A stretch of 62,975 nucleotides of DNA, filler included, from Octopus bimaculoides (GCF_001194135.2; 7 parts of 7 records of this genome joined end to end with filler, not necessarily neighbours in it), one strand, 5' to 3'; numbered from the whole stretch's first letter, positions 26,673 to 39,696 are shown. Notes: generated from the sequence alone by a model not told the origin. Numbers and translations are program-made.

Positions 26673-26778
26673 TAATGCAGTCTCTGAAGACAATAATCAA
26701 TAAAAGAAATAAATAAGCGCACGAAACAGATAAAGAGAGCAGCATTAATGAGAAACATTGTGACATGACAAGTTCAAT
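26673..26778 (-). CDS. Candidate hydrophobic signal/TM exon (MSQCFSLMLLSLSVSCAYLFLLLIIVFRDCI)
   Basis: ttttcgaattacag|...TGCATTA|gtaagt; the phase-1 end joins in frame to the exon starting at 25140. Confidence 0.25.
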
Positions 26779-27541
26779 CTGTAATTCGAAAATTAGCATC
26801 GAGAAAGTCAATTATTTTGGCATCCTTCTAAAGAATTAGAGACAGAAATATAAACTGAGACTATAATCGTTGGAAGGAAAGCGATGCGAAACAACACTCT
26901 TGTCCAACGAATGGCAAAGTAGCCTAAATTGTCAACCATATTACTTGCACTCATCATTTGTCAAAACTAAATTAACCAGATCTGCACTCAGTAGAGGAAA
27001 TAACCAATGAAAATTGATACAATAAATTATTAATAACGGAGGACATGATCAGCCTAAAAGGAATATAACATAAAAACAATTATAACAGACTTGATCAAAA
27101 GAATCGTAAAATTCAGATGAATTCAGATGAACGTTACGTTTAATATAATGGGTGTACTTGAGATAACGTCAGAACACTTATTCAGAAAATGATTGAGGCC
27201 AAATAGAAGGCGCTGTCCAATATCCCACGTAAGAGTTAAGTTAACAATTCAAGAGTGGAATAATAAGGACCTCTGTCCTTATTATTACTATATTATTTAT
27301 ATATACACTCTACAGAATAGACAGTTGGAAAACAAAACATCATAACATCAGGCTACACCAATAACATTAGATATAAAAAAAAAAACATCCTATCGGGCTA
27401 CAACAAGTAATCTTCGATGCCAGGAACCCTACTACGTACCCTAGCTACCCCTAAATCATTGTTTTCTAGAACTGTACTAAACTGGCTTTATGCCAATTTT
27501 CTCTATCCCTCTGTCCAGACCAGTGTACGTAAATATACTGG

Positions 27542-27572
<31 letters not shown>

Positions 27573-27611
27573 GATGATGGTGATGATTATGATCATGATC
27601 ATTATGATTAA

Positions 27612-27745
27612 GGCTGGGAGCTGGCAGAATCGTTTCCGGCGGGGGCCACTTTGTTTCCATTCTTTCAGGGTCGATAAAATAAATACCAGCTGAGCAGAGG
27701 TGTTGATGTAATCGACGTACCTTTCTCTAAATTGAGACAAGTATT
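27612..27745 (+). mobile_element. SINE family D fragment
   Basis: ggctgggagctggcagaatcgtt...gggtcgataaaataaataccag, shared with 39437-39645 and 38205-38410. Confidence 0.6.
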
Positions 27746-27925
27746 AAACTGGTTGTTGCTGATGATGCAATTAGATGTATTACTATTGTATCAATATGTT
27801 ACGATGGCACAATATGCTTGTAGTGACTGATTTTTGTCCTAAAATTCTGAATTGAAATTCCACCGAAGCTAACATTGCATTTCAAACTTTTTAGATCGAT
27901 AAAGTACAATACCTGCAAGAGAAAC

Positions 27926-27926
27926 A

Positions 27927-27989
<63 letters not shown>

Positions 27990-28035
27990 GCCATCATCAT
28001 AATAATTGTTGTTGTTGTTGTTGTTGTTGTTGTTA
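27926..28035. repeat. (ATT)n/(GTT)n microsatellite
   Basis: Direct reading. Confidence 0.95.
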
Positions 28036-31000
28036 CTAGTGGGGTGTTAGTGTAGTCACTATTGTAACAATTTAGAGGTCTTCGCATCGCTACGACGATT
28101 TTGGACTGTTTACGAAACACAAATGTAGGAAAATCATTTATTTTTCGACAATTATTTTTCTACATTGAAGCTCGTGGACCTCGTTGGACATCTGCCACAC
28201 ACCAAGAGAGATATATGTTTTTCCATTTATAATATATTGTAATTTTTCTGCTTTTGCATATATTCCTTGGAGTTTTGCCAGAAAAAAAAACACGTTACCA
28301 AAACAAATGCAAATATACGTAACGGCATGGACGATAATAACATATGGTGACAAATTTAATTTCAAGCTAAACCCATGAAATGTAGATGAATAATAAGTAG
28401 AAATGTTATTTCGAAAGTTAAAAAAGCAATTTCAACAAATACAATACCAATAACAACAACGCACACGTTTTACAAAGGTAAATAAAGTAAGACAACTGAA
28501 GTCAAAATTTTGTTTGGGGGTTACCCCATAGAGGACACGACAATATTTTCTCTAGCGTTGCAAACAGCAGAACAACTCTCAGTACCACGACTAAATACGG
28601 AAAAATGTCTACGTGGCAATATCAAGTGACAATTCAGTATAGAGAAGGTTCTTAACCACGAACACGTAAGCTGTTAGGTCATGTATCTACACGTCTCTAA
28701 AATTACAAGAATTTTCTTTATACGCTGAAAGAGACTAGGAAAATTAGTTTGATCTATGGGAAACGAGAGATCTCTTATATTGTTAGCATATGGGACTGTA
28801 TGACAAGTCTTAAAATTTTAAATACAAGAGTGAAAGCTACCCAAGCTAAGACGTCATACAGCCAAACATGTTTTCTGTACTACACAAGTTACATTCCTGA
28901 AGTCTTCTCATCCTTTTTGCAGAGACATTTATTAATTTAAAAGAAGTACACAATTGTTATCTCCTTCAATGTAGAATTCTCCGACGTCAATGCACTTATT
29001 GTAGCGTTCCGACCGCTTCCTGAAGGTTGCATATATATATATAATGTAAATGAAACACGGAAGATGGAATATACGAGGATTTATTGTTAATCACTGGTGT
29101 GATACTTAACAACTGGACGCTAGATGTGTCGAAACGATTGTGATTAATAATAAATTCTTTTATATTTCATCGCCTGTCTTTCATTTACCATCTACATAAC
29201 GAACACTGTGAAAGTGACCGTGCTTTACCAGTAAGCTACCAGGTGTAAACCATCCGTTTTATTATCTAATTCGATAAGAAAAACTTAAAACAACATGTTA
29301 GCAGACAACTGGGGGCGGTCGCCCACTAGCAGACCATTGATAATGAAACAGGGGAAGTCTTATCATGTAATACTCTAGTTAAATGTTTTAAACAAAAATG
29401 TGTATTTCTGCAGGCGTTCCACTCCCAGTTTGAAAACCTGGCTTAGTGTTAATGGTTATACACTTTCGGGGAAACGATTAGATCATGCCACGATTAGATC
29501 CTGTCCTGGACCCCATAGACAATGGATCATATATCTAATATAAAACACCTTAAAATTATTTGTAAATGTAAGAAAATACGAATCATCACGCTCATGCAAG
29601 AGTATTAATGCTAGAATGCTACATAAATGTGATTGAAATATGTCTATTGCGAAAAGGGTGTATAAGAATAGGCTCAAGAAAGCAGAGCATTTATATATTT
29701 CCATTGTATTTATTTTTGTATATTGTCTTCATATTTGTACAAAGCATTTTATTGTCTCTTGCTCACATTTACATGAAATGCAATGCAGTTTTTTCTACAT
29801 CTACACTAACAATACAAACTTCATTTCCGTTGGTGTATACAGAATTTTGTCCAAAGCTGTACGATTCTATACATTATATGTTTCTAAGTTTTACACAAGG
29901 TCATTCTTTGTATAATGTCCTTGGCCCAGCTGTTGAATGAATATAAGTCTGTTTATCTTTTCTTACACATTTCTGTAATGTTCTCTTCTACTTTTAAAGT
30001 TTCATGTTATGTATGTGTGAATGAATTGAATGTAATTACTCTCACTTGCTAATAATGAATGGTTTATTATCATTAAGATCAAGAGTTTCATGCATGCTTC
30101 TTCAGCATCAATTGAAGCGTTATTCTTTCTGACCTTGTGTGATGTTTTGTGGTTTTAGCATGCAGATCCATGTAAGTAATTTACAACGCTTATGCATTGC
30201 TATGGAATTAGCATTGTTACAGGTGCCATTTTACCGTTTCCTCTGTAGTGTAAAGTATCCGCAGTGCATATTGTATTATTTTGTTAGCAGTGAATGTTTT
30301 TGTTTTTGATATGTAACATCATGTGTTTCAATATCAGATGGTGATGATTTTCTATTATATACACCGTATGGGGTTTGTTTAGGAATAATGAGTTGCAACT
30401 TTGTACTGTGTGAGTTGTGTGATTTATTTATCTTGCAGTCCTGTATAAGTTACGTAAAAGTGAATAGCCTCTCGCATCGTTGGTTGTTGATTGTTTAGAG
30501 CGTGTGTGATATGTGTTGTGAGCAGAGTCGTGTTTGCGTTGTCTAGAGTAAGAGAAAGTCTCTTGCTTAGTTTGAGTGCTGTAACTAGTAGATCAAAATT
30601 TAGACTTCGTTTAACATTGTGAGCCGCAGTTTGTTTTGTATATTATGTTCATATTTATGAATGATACGTAGTTCTCCAATTTTCATCGGTTTCCTTTCTA
30701 ATTTCATGGTCCAAACCCTGATTTTTTGTACTGTGAATTCGGTGAACTTTGACAGTTTGTCCTTTTATGTAATATATTTGACAAAGTTGATCGCGATGAC
30801 TAAGTTATATTTGTGTTTTCATCCCGGCATTTGATTATAACTAGACTATTTGCCTCGATTCTGTTATCATTTTGGATAGGCATATCCCAAATTATTAGGT
30901 CTAGCATTTGCCTTTTACATCTGTGACGTGCAAAGTAGAGGTTTATAAAATTTGTTGGCCGTTTTCGTGTGGAAATATTCGCATATTGGATACAGTGGAC

Positions 31001-32243
31001 ACACCTAGCGGATTGCTAATGTCAGCATATATTTTCGGATCATTTCTTCTTTCGCTCAACGTTCCCATCATGTTGTATCAGAAACATTAGCGTATCGAAC
31101 AAAATACCTTTCGGTGTCGGTCCATGTTCTTACGTATCCAGCCGTGGATGGTTAATCATTGATATATTTGCACTGGAGAAAATACATGTCGAAAGTTGGT
31201 GTCTTAGAATATGCTGGCTTTGTGCTTAAATTAGGAAATATATTTTTTTTCTTTTAATTTGCATGTTCGATGAAATGACCTATAGCAAGTGAAAGTTAAG
31301 AAATTGTAGATAGGAAAAGTTGGGAGGACAATACAGAGATGCCTTCATATGATACAACACAAACATTTAAATTGATTGGGTTTTTTCTAAGGAAGTGAGC
31401 CAGCAGTGCTTGACAGCGCAATATTTTGGATTTCTTTGAGATAGGATTCTCCTGGGATGTCTAGATATTTCTGACATCCCTTTTTTTCATATCTAGAGCA
31501 CCTGCAATAACAGTAAATCAACATTTTAGTAAATAGTTAATAGGTACATACAACGCAAACCTTCAAATACCTTCAAACAAAGCAATAGCACTGACACCAG
31601 CAATGAAAGTAGTGACAACAAGTTTCTACAAATTTTCCATGTATTAGCTGTGTCAAAATTCTCCCCTTTTTTTAGCAAGCAGATCCATTGTGACTATGAA
31701 ATTTAGAGACGAAATGACAGTTGGTAAATTATTGCATGACCAAGAAACATTTCTTTAACACATAAGCTGATAAAGATAAGAACAACCTTAAAAATAAAAA
31801 GGATACGCCTCTGTTTTCGAAAGAAGAGAACTTCACTAATACTGAAATAAGACAGCCAAGTAAGACAGGTTCTAAGGACATATGGAGAGGCCAGGAAGCA
31901 GCAAGATTAATGACACTACTTATTTTATCTTCAATACAAGAGACTCAGTCAAGCATAGACTGAAATTGTCAGACTTACGTCTAACGATACACGTCATTCC
32001 CAGTACATGAGTTAAAGGATTACAAGAGAGAGAACAAGAGACATCGCAAGAATTTTTATGCCGTAAAACTGAGAGCAGATTTTACACGTCGCAGTTTTCC
32101 AATTTTCCCTGAACTGTCTCATTAACATTCGGAATGGAGTAATTTGGATATTAAAACAAAGATATATCGGTAATGATATCAACTAATATCTCGTGGTCAT
32201 ATTTTGTCGTATGAGATTATCAGAGCCATTATGTCTATCAGTG

Positions 32244-32627
32244 TGGAAGCGCAATGGCCCAGTGGTTAGGGCAGGGAACTCGCGGTCATAGGATCGCAGT
32301 TTCGATTCCCAGACCGGGCGTTGTGAGTGTATATTGAGCGAAAACACCTAAAGCTCCACGAGGCTCCGGCAGGGGACTGTGGTGAACCCTTCTGTACTCT
32401 TTCACCACAACTTTCTCTCACTCTTTCTTCCCGTTTCTGTTGTACCTTGATTTCAAAGGGCCAGCCTTGTCACAGTGTGTCACGCTGAATAACCCCGAGA
32501 ACTACGTTAAGGGTACACGTGTCTGTGGAGTGTTCAGCCACTTGCACGTTAATTTCACGTGCAGGCTGTTCCGTTGATCGGATCAACTGGAACCCTCGAC
32601 GTCGTAAGCGATGGAGTGCCAACAACA
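32244..32627 (+). mobile_element. Full-length tRNA-derived SINE family B with 13-bp TSD
   Basis: A box TGGCCCAGTGG, B box GTTTCGATTCC, (CAA)n tail. TSD atgtctatcagtg at 32231-32243 and 32628-32640. Confidence 0.9.
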
Positions 32628-32790
32628 ATGTCTATCAGTGATTTATTATACTCATTCAATTTTCAGTGGTCTTACATTTTTCAACACTCCATAACATCAC
32701 AGTTCGTAGAGTTTTGTCGTGAGATCGCTTTCGAAAGAAGGCTGAAAATCTGGCTAGAAAACGCAGGTGTTGTCCACTAGAAAATATAAT

Positions 32791-32955
32791 AGGTGCAGAA
32801 GTGGTTGTGTGGTAAGTATCTTGCTTACAAATCACATGGTTCCGAGTCCAGTCCCACTGCATGGTACCTTGAGTAAGTGTCTTTTACCAAAGCCTCGGGC
32901 TGACCAAATCCTTGAGAGTGGATTTGGTAGACTGAAACTAAAAGGAGCCCGTAGT

Positions 32956-32960
<5 letters not shown>
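32791..32960 (+). mobile_element. SINE family A, 5' part
   Basis: gtggttgtgtggtaag...ggttccgagtccagtcccactgc...gaaactaaaaggagcccgt. Confidence 0.85.
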
Positions 32961-32989
<29 letters not shown>

Positions 32990-32999
32990 NNNNNNNNNN

Positions 33000-33035
<36 letters not shown>

Positions 33036-33743
33036 TTAACATAGGCAAATTAATAACTAGTAAGGGAAATAATCAACATACCGTGAAAACGAGCTACTGT
33101 AAAATGAGGAGAGGCCATCTCGTAGAGATATATAAGTTATATGTTGGGAGAACATATGTATATATACCGTAACATATATTTTCCAACTAAGTGTGGCGTC
33201 CCATACAAGACATTGCTAGACCCAGGAAGACATCTCCTCCAGCTAGCTAACGACAAACATTCTTTGTCCGATTAGTATTTGCTAGGGAAGGTCATCGCTC
33301 CTATTTTTAGCCTTACGTGATACACATGGACGCTTATTCTACTTGCAAATTGCTATATATTTTTCTAGCGATTCATTGCGATATTGAGAATGTGAAATTA
33401 AATCTCTGAGCGTGATATAAACAGTAGCTGTACGGAACTGTAACATATATTTGCCATTTACGTGTGGCATCCTATACATAGAAATACCTATATGCACTCT
33501 CACACTCACACACACACGCACACGCACATGCACACGCACACGTACACGCACACACGCGCACACACATACACATCTATATAGCGTGGGTTTAGGTATACAA
33601 GCTATATAACATATATTCCATTTGGAAAATTTTACTGTATGATTTTATGTTAAATTTTTGACCTATTTACTTCCTGTTTTCATTTAAGTGTGTTTAGTGC
33701 ATAATGGCACGTGCGTCCTATAAACCCCATTCATGACACGCAG

Positions 33744-33745
<2 letters not shown>

Positions 33746-33782
<37 letters not shown>

Positions 33783-33915
33783 GAAGAAGAAGAAGAAGAA
33801 GAAGAAGAAGAAGAAGAAGAAGAAGAAGAAGAAGAAGAAGAAGAAGAAGAAAGAGAAGAAAAAGAAGTAGAAAAAGAAGAAGAGGAAGAGGAAGTGGAGT
33901 AGGAGGAGGAGGAGG
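33746..33915. repeat. (TAA)n-(AGA)n-(GGA)n compound microsatellite
   Basis: Direct reading; explains the poly-N/poly-R ORF. Confidence 0.95.
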
Positions 33916-34677
33916 NNNNNNNNNNNNNNNNNNNNNNNNNNNNNNNNNNNNNNNNNNNNTTAATTAATTAANNNNNNNNNNNNNNNNNNNNNNNNNNNNN
34001 NNNNNNNNNNNNNNNATTTAACACACACACACACATGCACGCAAAAACCTATATGTATATATGGTACAAATTTAATTTGTGGTCCGTGGGAAGAGCCATT
34101 CTAACAGTGTGTCCTGCCCTAACTCTTCGAAACGCTTAGTTTTAGAATGGTGGCAGCTGATGAAGGAAATGTTCTCTATGTGGCCTGTGTGCTTTCTGTA
34201 CTCTGTTTATCATTTTGTCCACGTTTTTTTTGCAACGTCCTGTACCTAGATATGCATCTATATATACATGTAGATGTAGGCATGTACATACATGTACGTA
34301 TATATGCATATACTTATATATCATTTGTATTATATATATATATATACCCACGCATACACATACGATATAGACATAGTGATTGGCAGTGCTTTTTGTTATC
34401 TGACAGATAAGTATTGTCTAGTTATTGTCTAGTTACTCACGTTACATGTCAGAAATTCTACGGATTAATTACGTTGACATACCACATACACTGTTTTAAT
34501 GAATGACATGTTTTCATTGCAAATATCATTTGATGTGCGACAGTTAATTCAACATAGCGTTGGAACTAGGAACACAAGGTGTACTAAAATAATATGGTCG
34601 GCGAAATATTTTGACAAAGCGAATTAACTTTTACCATTTACCTTTTACCTTTATACTTGTTTCGGTTATTGGATAAG

Positions 34678-35065
34678 TGAAGGCGCAATGGCCCAGTGGT
34701 TAGGGCAGCGGACTCGCGGTCATAGGATCGCGGTTTCGATTCCCAGACCGGGCGTTGTGAGTGTTTATTGAGCGAAAACACCTAAAACTCCACAAGGCTC
34801 CGGCAGGGGATGATGGCGAACCTTGCTGTACTCTTTCACCACAACTTTCTCTCACTCTTACTTCCTGTTGCTGTTGTGCCTGTAATTCAAAGGGTCAGCC
34901 TTGTCACACTGTGTCACGCTGAATATCCCTGATAACTAGGTTAAGGGTACACGTGTCTGTGGAGTGCTCAGCCACTTGCACGCTAATTTCACGAGCAGGC
35001 TGTTCCGTGGTTCGGATCAACTGGAACCCTCGACGTCGTAAGCGACAGAGTGCCAACAACAACAA
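34678..35065 (+). mobile_element. Full-length SINE family B
   Basis: Highly similar to 32244-32627; degenerate TSD ggt(t/c)attggat. Confidence 0.9.
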
Positions 35066-35332
35066 CGGTCATTGGATTGTAGCCACGCTGGAGCACCTCC
35101 TTGAAGGCGATTTGAGTCTATCAAATCGACTCCAGTACTTATTTTTTAAAACCTGATACTTATTCTATCGGTCTCTGTTTCTGAACCGATAAGAGGACGT
35201 AGACAAACACCAGTTATCAAGCGATGAGGTGTACGGAAGCGAACACCCGGTACTCTGTGGTTGAAAAGCGAACTTTTTAACAGTGTCTAGTTTTCACAGG
35301 AATTATTTATGTTCAATAAACCTTACATATAA

Positions 35333-35712
35333 GCGCAGGTGCAGCTGTATGGTGAGAAACTTCCTTCCCAACCACATGATTCCGGGTTCTGTCCCACTGC
35401 GTGGTACCTTGGGCAAGTGTCTTCTACTATAGCCAAGGGCCGGCCAAATCCTTGTGAGTGGATTTGGTAGAAGGAGACTGAAAGAAGCCCATGTATGTGT
35501 GTGTGTGTGTTTGTGTCTGTTTTCCCCCAACTACCGCTTGACAACCAGTGTTGGCGTGTTTACGTCCCCGTAACTTAGCTGTTAGGCAAAAGTCCGATAG
35601 AATAAATAACAGCCTTAAGAAAGATATAAATACCTGGGTCGATTAAGTGGACTAAAATTTCTTCAAGGCGGTGCCCCAGCATGACCGTAGTCTAATGACT
35701 GAAACAAATAAA
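35333..35712 (+). mobile_element. SINE family A
   Basis: Full head-to-tail match to 44557-44985. Confidence 0.85.
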
Positions 35713-35732
35713 AGGTGAAACGGTATCTCTTA

Positions 35733-36122
35733 TCTTTTACTTGTTTCAGTCATTTGACTGCGGCCATGCTGGGGCACCACCTTGAAATTTCATTGAAATG
35801 TATCGACCCTAGTACTTACTTTTTTAAAGCCGGGTACTTACTCTATCGGTGTTTTTTGCCGAACCGCTAAGTTACAGAGACGCAAATACACCAGTAAATG
35901 TCAAGCAGTGGTGGAGGGACAAACACACACACACACACACACACATGCATATACAACAGGCTTCTTTCAGTTTCCGTCTACCAAATCCACTCATCCACTC
36001 ACAAGCCTTTGGTCGGCCCGAGGTTATAGTTAAAAACATTTGCCCAAGGTGCCTCGCAGTGGGACTGAACCCGGAACCATGCGGTTGGCAAGCAAGCTTC
36101 TTATCACACAGCTACGCCTAGG
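35733..36122 (-). mobile_element. SINE family A, inverted and tail-to-tail with the previous copy
   Basis: Reverse complement matches family A, including the tail atgactgaaacaagtaaaaga. Confidence 0.85.
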
Positions 36123-36262
36123 CCTATATATATCAATAACAAAGTTGCAATTGTCTATCTTTTAACTCCAGTTCAGTTCTGATCCTGAATATCTATAGCT
36201 CAAAGTATTCCAGCCAAGACTTACTTGCACGTTTATATATCGGGCACTGCATAAAGATATGT

Positions 36263-36530
36263 GGAGGCGCGTGGCTTAGTGGTTAGGGTGTCAGCATCAC
36301 GATCGTAAGATTGTGGTTTCGATTCCTGGACCGGGCGCCGCGTTGTGTTCTTGAGCAAAACGCTTCATTTCAAATTCCTCCAGTCCACTCAACTGGCAAA
36401 AATGAGTAACGCTGCGATGGACTGGCGTCCCGTCTAGCTGGAGAACACATACGCCATTGAAACCGGGAAACCGGGCCCATGAACCTGGCTAGGCTTTAAA
36501 AGAGCGCATTTATTATTTATTATTTACATA
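36263..36530 (+). mobile_element. tRNA-derived SINE family C
   Basis: ggaggcgcgtggcttagtggttagggtg...GGTTTCGATTCC; (TTTA)n tail. Confidence 0.85.
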
Positions 36531-36949
36531 AAGATATAGTGGGATTTGATTTCAGAGTGGCATTCTAGCAATTTTTGACGATCGCATAGAGGCTCTTTCG
36601 TTGGATTATGGCTGCAAGCTTAAACACTCAGGTTAATTATGTCAGGTGAATGTTTTCGAGACGTTTCGTGTGTAGATAAGACTGTGATTTCAAGTGTATG
36701 CATCAATCATGAATGATTACATAAGGAACGCACGTCATGTCTATTACAGGGAATGGGAAAGGAATGGGAAAGTATGTCTGTCAGACATACATGCTTTTTC
36801 TTTCTAAGTGGTTTATAATGATGCATTATAGGTGAACTGAAGCAGCTGTAATCAAGAATCAATACCTTATAGCTGATCGGGCTCGAAATATATTATCCTC
36901 CTCGGAAAAATGAGAGAGAGAGAGAGAAGAGAGAGAGAGGGTGGTGGTA

Positions 36950-37085
36950 GTACTTCTCTGATACTGTTATTTATCATGTTGGATAGGATGAAAAGCAAAG
37001 TTGACCTCGGCGGGGTTTGAACTCAGAATGTAAAGAACAGGAACGAAATACTGCAAGGCACTTTGACTAACGTTCTAACGATTCT
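36950..37085 (-). mobile_element. SINE family D fragment
   Basis: gatgaaaagcaaagttgacctcggcggggtttgaactcagaa, shared with 38205-38410. Confidence 0.6.
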
Positions 37086-38204
37086 ACCGCTTGCTTACTT
37101 TTATGTTATAAACATAACTGGTCTTATATTTTTGATCTTGTACGTAAACATACTTGATCTTGATGTATATAAATATACTTGGCCTTGGTGTATGTAATTA
37201 GTCTTCTTGTACATAAGCATACTTGGTCTTATTATATTTAAGTATAATTGGTCCTGGTGTATTTAATAAATATGGTTGACTTTACGGTATAAAATGTTTT
37301 CGATATTAAACATCAAGAATTGACAAAAATACCGAGAATGGCACATGACGATACAGTGAGGGATTACTTCAAAGATGTGTAAAATAAAAATAAAAATAAA
37401 AATAAACAGAAAGAACTAAATTTAAAATGAGGCAAAAAGCAAAACAAAAACAAATATTCAAAGATTAATTACCCAAAAGAAGAGACCTTCGAACGTTGTT
37501 CGTGGAAAACCACGGACACCCTGATTACTAAGGCAAGTGCTATCTCCCCGTTGTCCTCTTCTAATCTACAGGCCCATGCTGAGATCAGGTCCGTTCACTC
37601 GGACCATGCTCGCCACTCTCACCCACGTTATAATCAGTTTCCAAGGACGCAACACTTCCCTCACTACTCCCCCTTTTTTCTTTTCAAGAGAAATTCGAAA
37701 TTGTCGACGAGAGCTTCCCAAAGAAGATATCAGTATTCAATGCTACCAAACTCAACCACAACATAAATCCTTTTACCAAAGCCATCAGACCGATTAAGAC
37801 AACCTGTCCTTCTCGGCCAAAGTGAGGCGGTGGGACGATCTTTACAATAGACTCAACTGATAGCAGGATCCGTCCACGCATAACAGCTAGTATCCAACAT
37901 GACACCACAAGTCACGAATACTTGGACGCGAGCCGAGTGCGAACACAACAGTTTCACCACTCTACGCACATCTTGGAGAGACCCGACTGAGTATTACCAT
38001 GCCTGTAAAGTTTATCTCGAACTAGCAACACCCAACTCCACTAGATCTGTAATAGGGAAGATATGGCATTGACAAGTTCACGAATGGCGGCAAAAGGACT
38101 CTGACGAGCCTAACTAATTGACTGATTGACCGAGCGATTACCAAAACAATCGATTGTTATATGGTTAAATGGTTAACTGGTTGACAAATAATAATCGTTT
38201 CTAC

Positions 38205-38410
38205 TATAGGCATAAAGCCTAAAGTTTTGAAGGGGAGGGGGCAATTCGATTACATTGACATCAATGCTTAACCGGTACTTATTTCATCGACCCCGAAAGG
38301 ATGAAAGGCAGAGTTGACCTCGGCAGAGTTTGAACTCACAACGCAGAGACGGAAGAAATGTCGCTAAGCATTTTGACCGGCGTGCTAACGAATCTGCTGG
38401 CTTGCCACCT
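38205..38410 (-). mobile_element. SINE family D
   Basis: ggtacttatttcatcgaccccgaaaggatgaaaggcagagttgacctcggcagagtttgaactc. Confidence 0.75.
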
Positions 38411-38455
38411 TGTTGACTAATAATAAAAAAAACAAAAAAACAAACAAACAAAAAA

Positions 38456-38490
<35 letters not shown>

Positions 38491-38492
<2 letters not shown>

Positions 38493-38652
38493 CATACAGA
38501 AAATTGCACTACTGGGCACTGCACACATCCTACGCAAAACACTTTCAATACAGTAACCATAAGAGCATCACACAGCAAACCACAGCACATACTCAAGGCA
38601 CACAGAGCTGCGCTCGGTAGTGAAGTGAAAGCACGTTATAAAAATAAAACTA

Positions 38653-38690
<38 letters not shown>
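38491..38690 (+). mobile_element. R4/Dong-like LINE, extreme 3' end with (TAA)n tail
   Basis: IQKIALLGTAHILRKTLSIQ* (stop 38554-38556), 3' UTR, then a (TAA)n tract at 38657-38690. Confidence 0.8.
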
Positions 38691-38691
<1 letters not shown>

Positions 38692-39165
38692 TATAGAGTA
38701 CCGAAGGCTGGATATAGTAACCTTTAGGAGGGACAAACAAGAGTGCCTAATAATCGACATAGCAGTGCCAGGAGATCAACACATCATCATGAAAGAAAGA
38801 AAAGAAGTTGATAAATATGGAGACCTGAGAATTGAGAACGCTAAGATGGGGCAGCTACGAGAGTCGAACGTGAAGGTTATCCCTATTGTCATCGGAGCAT
38901 TGGGTTCAATACCACCCAATCTGAAAAAAACAGCTGAAAACCTTAGAAATACCCTACAATCTAGATGTATTGCAAAAGTCGGCATTACTTGGAACTGCAC
39001 GCATATTGCGTAAAATACTGTCTGTCTGAGGTTCTTGCTGTGACTTGACAAACAGTACAAACCACCGGTAGACGCAATATCTTCAATCAACAACCTCACG
39101 ATATTGTATACTGTGCGACGTTTACTATAATACTAATAATAATAATAATAATTAATAGTAATAAT
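38691..39165 (+). mobile_element. R4/Dong-like LINE 3' fragment with restriction-like endonuclease
   Basis: RLDIVTF...CLIIDIAVPGD...KYGDLRIE...VIPIVIGALG, then LQKSALLGTARILRKILSV*, then a TAA-rich tail. Confidence 0.85.
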
Positions 39166-39436
39166 AACAGAAGTGACATAAAACCAGTACGTGTGTCTAT
39201 TATTAGCAAAATGACCGTCCCAAGATGCAAAAAAATAATCGATTTTAATACACAATTTCACATCTTGCAAACCAAATACAAGAGGTAAAAAAATAATAAA
39301 GAAAGTTCTTACTCTTACACTATTTAAGTATTGAAACTTGAGTTGATTGAATTATTTCGGTAAATGCGTGGATTTGTGACAAAGTAATACATTCTCACCT
39401 AATTTTTGGTCTTGTGCCCATGTTTAAAACGATTTG

Positions 39437-39645
39437 GGCAGAATCATTAGTGAGTCACACAAAATGCAAAATGTCTGCGCTATTTATCCCGGTTCTCTAC
39501 GCTCCAAGTTCAAACCTCAACGAAGTTAGATTTGTCTTTCATTCCTCTGGAGTTGATGAAGGAGTACCAGTCAAGTACAAGAGTCAATGGTATCAATAAA
39601 TTCCTCTCCCTAAAACTGCTGACATTATGCCTAAATTACAAATAA
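39437..39645 (+). mobile_element. SINE family D, degenerate
   Basis: ggcagaatcattag...gttcaaacctc...gtctttcattcctctggagttgat...gtaccagtcaagtac. Confidence 0.55.
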
Positions 39646-39696
39646 TTATCATTAGTGACATAACGAGAGAGTGTGCCTTGAATTCCCCACCTCATC

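Noticed and set aside
29480-31500. Long SINE-free stretch that might be a decayed LINE or host exons
   Set aside because: No diagnostic motif or sustained reading frame found by eye on either strand.
37400-38110. GC-richer block with several short overlapping ORFs
   Set aside because: Probably a decayed retroelement, but I could not identify a motif, so it is left unannotated.
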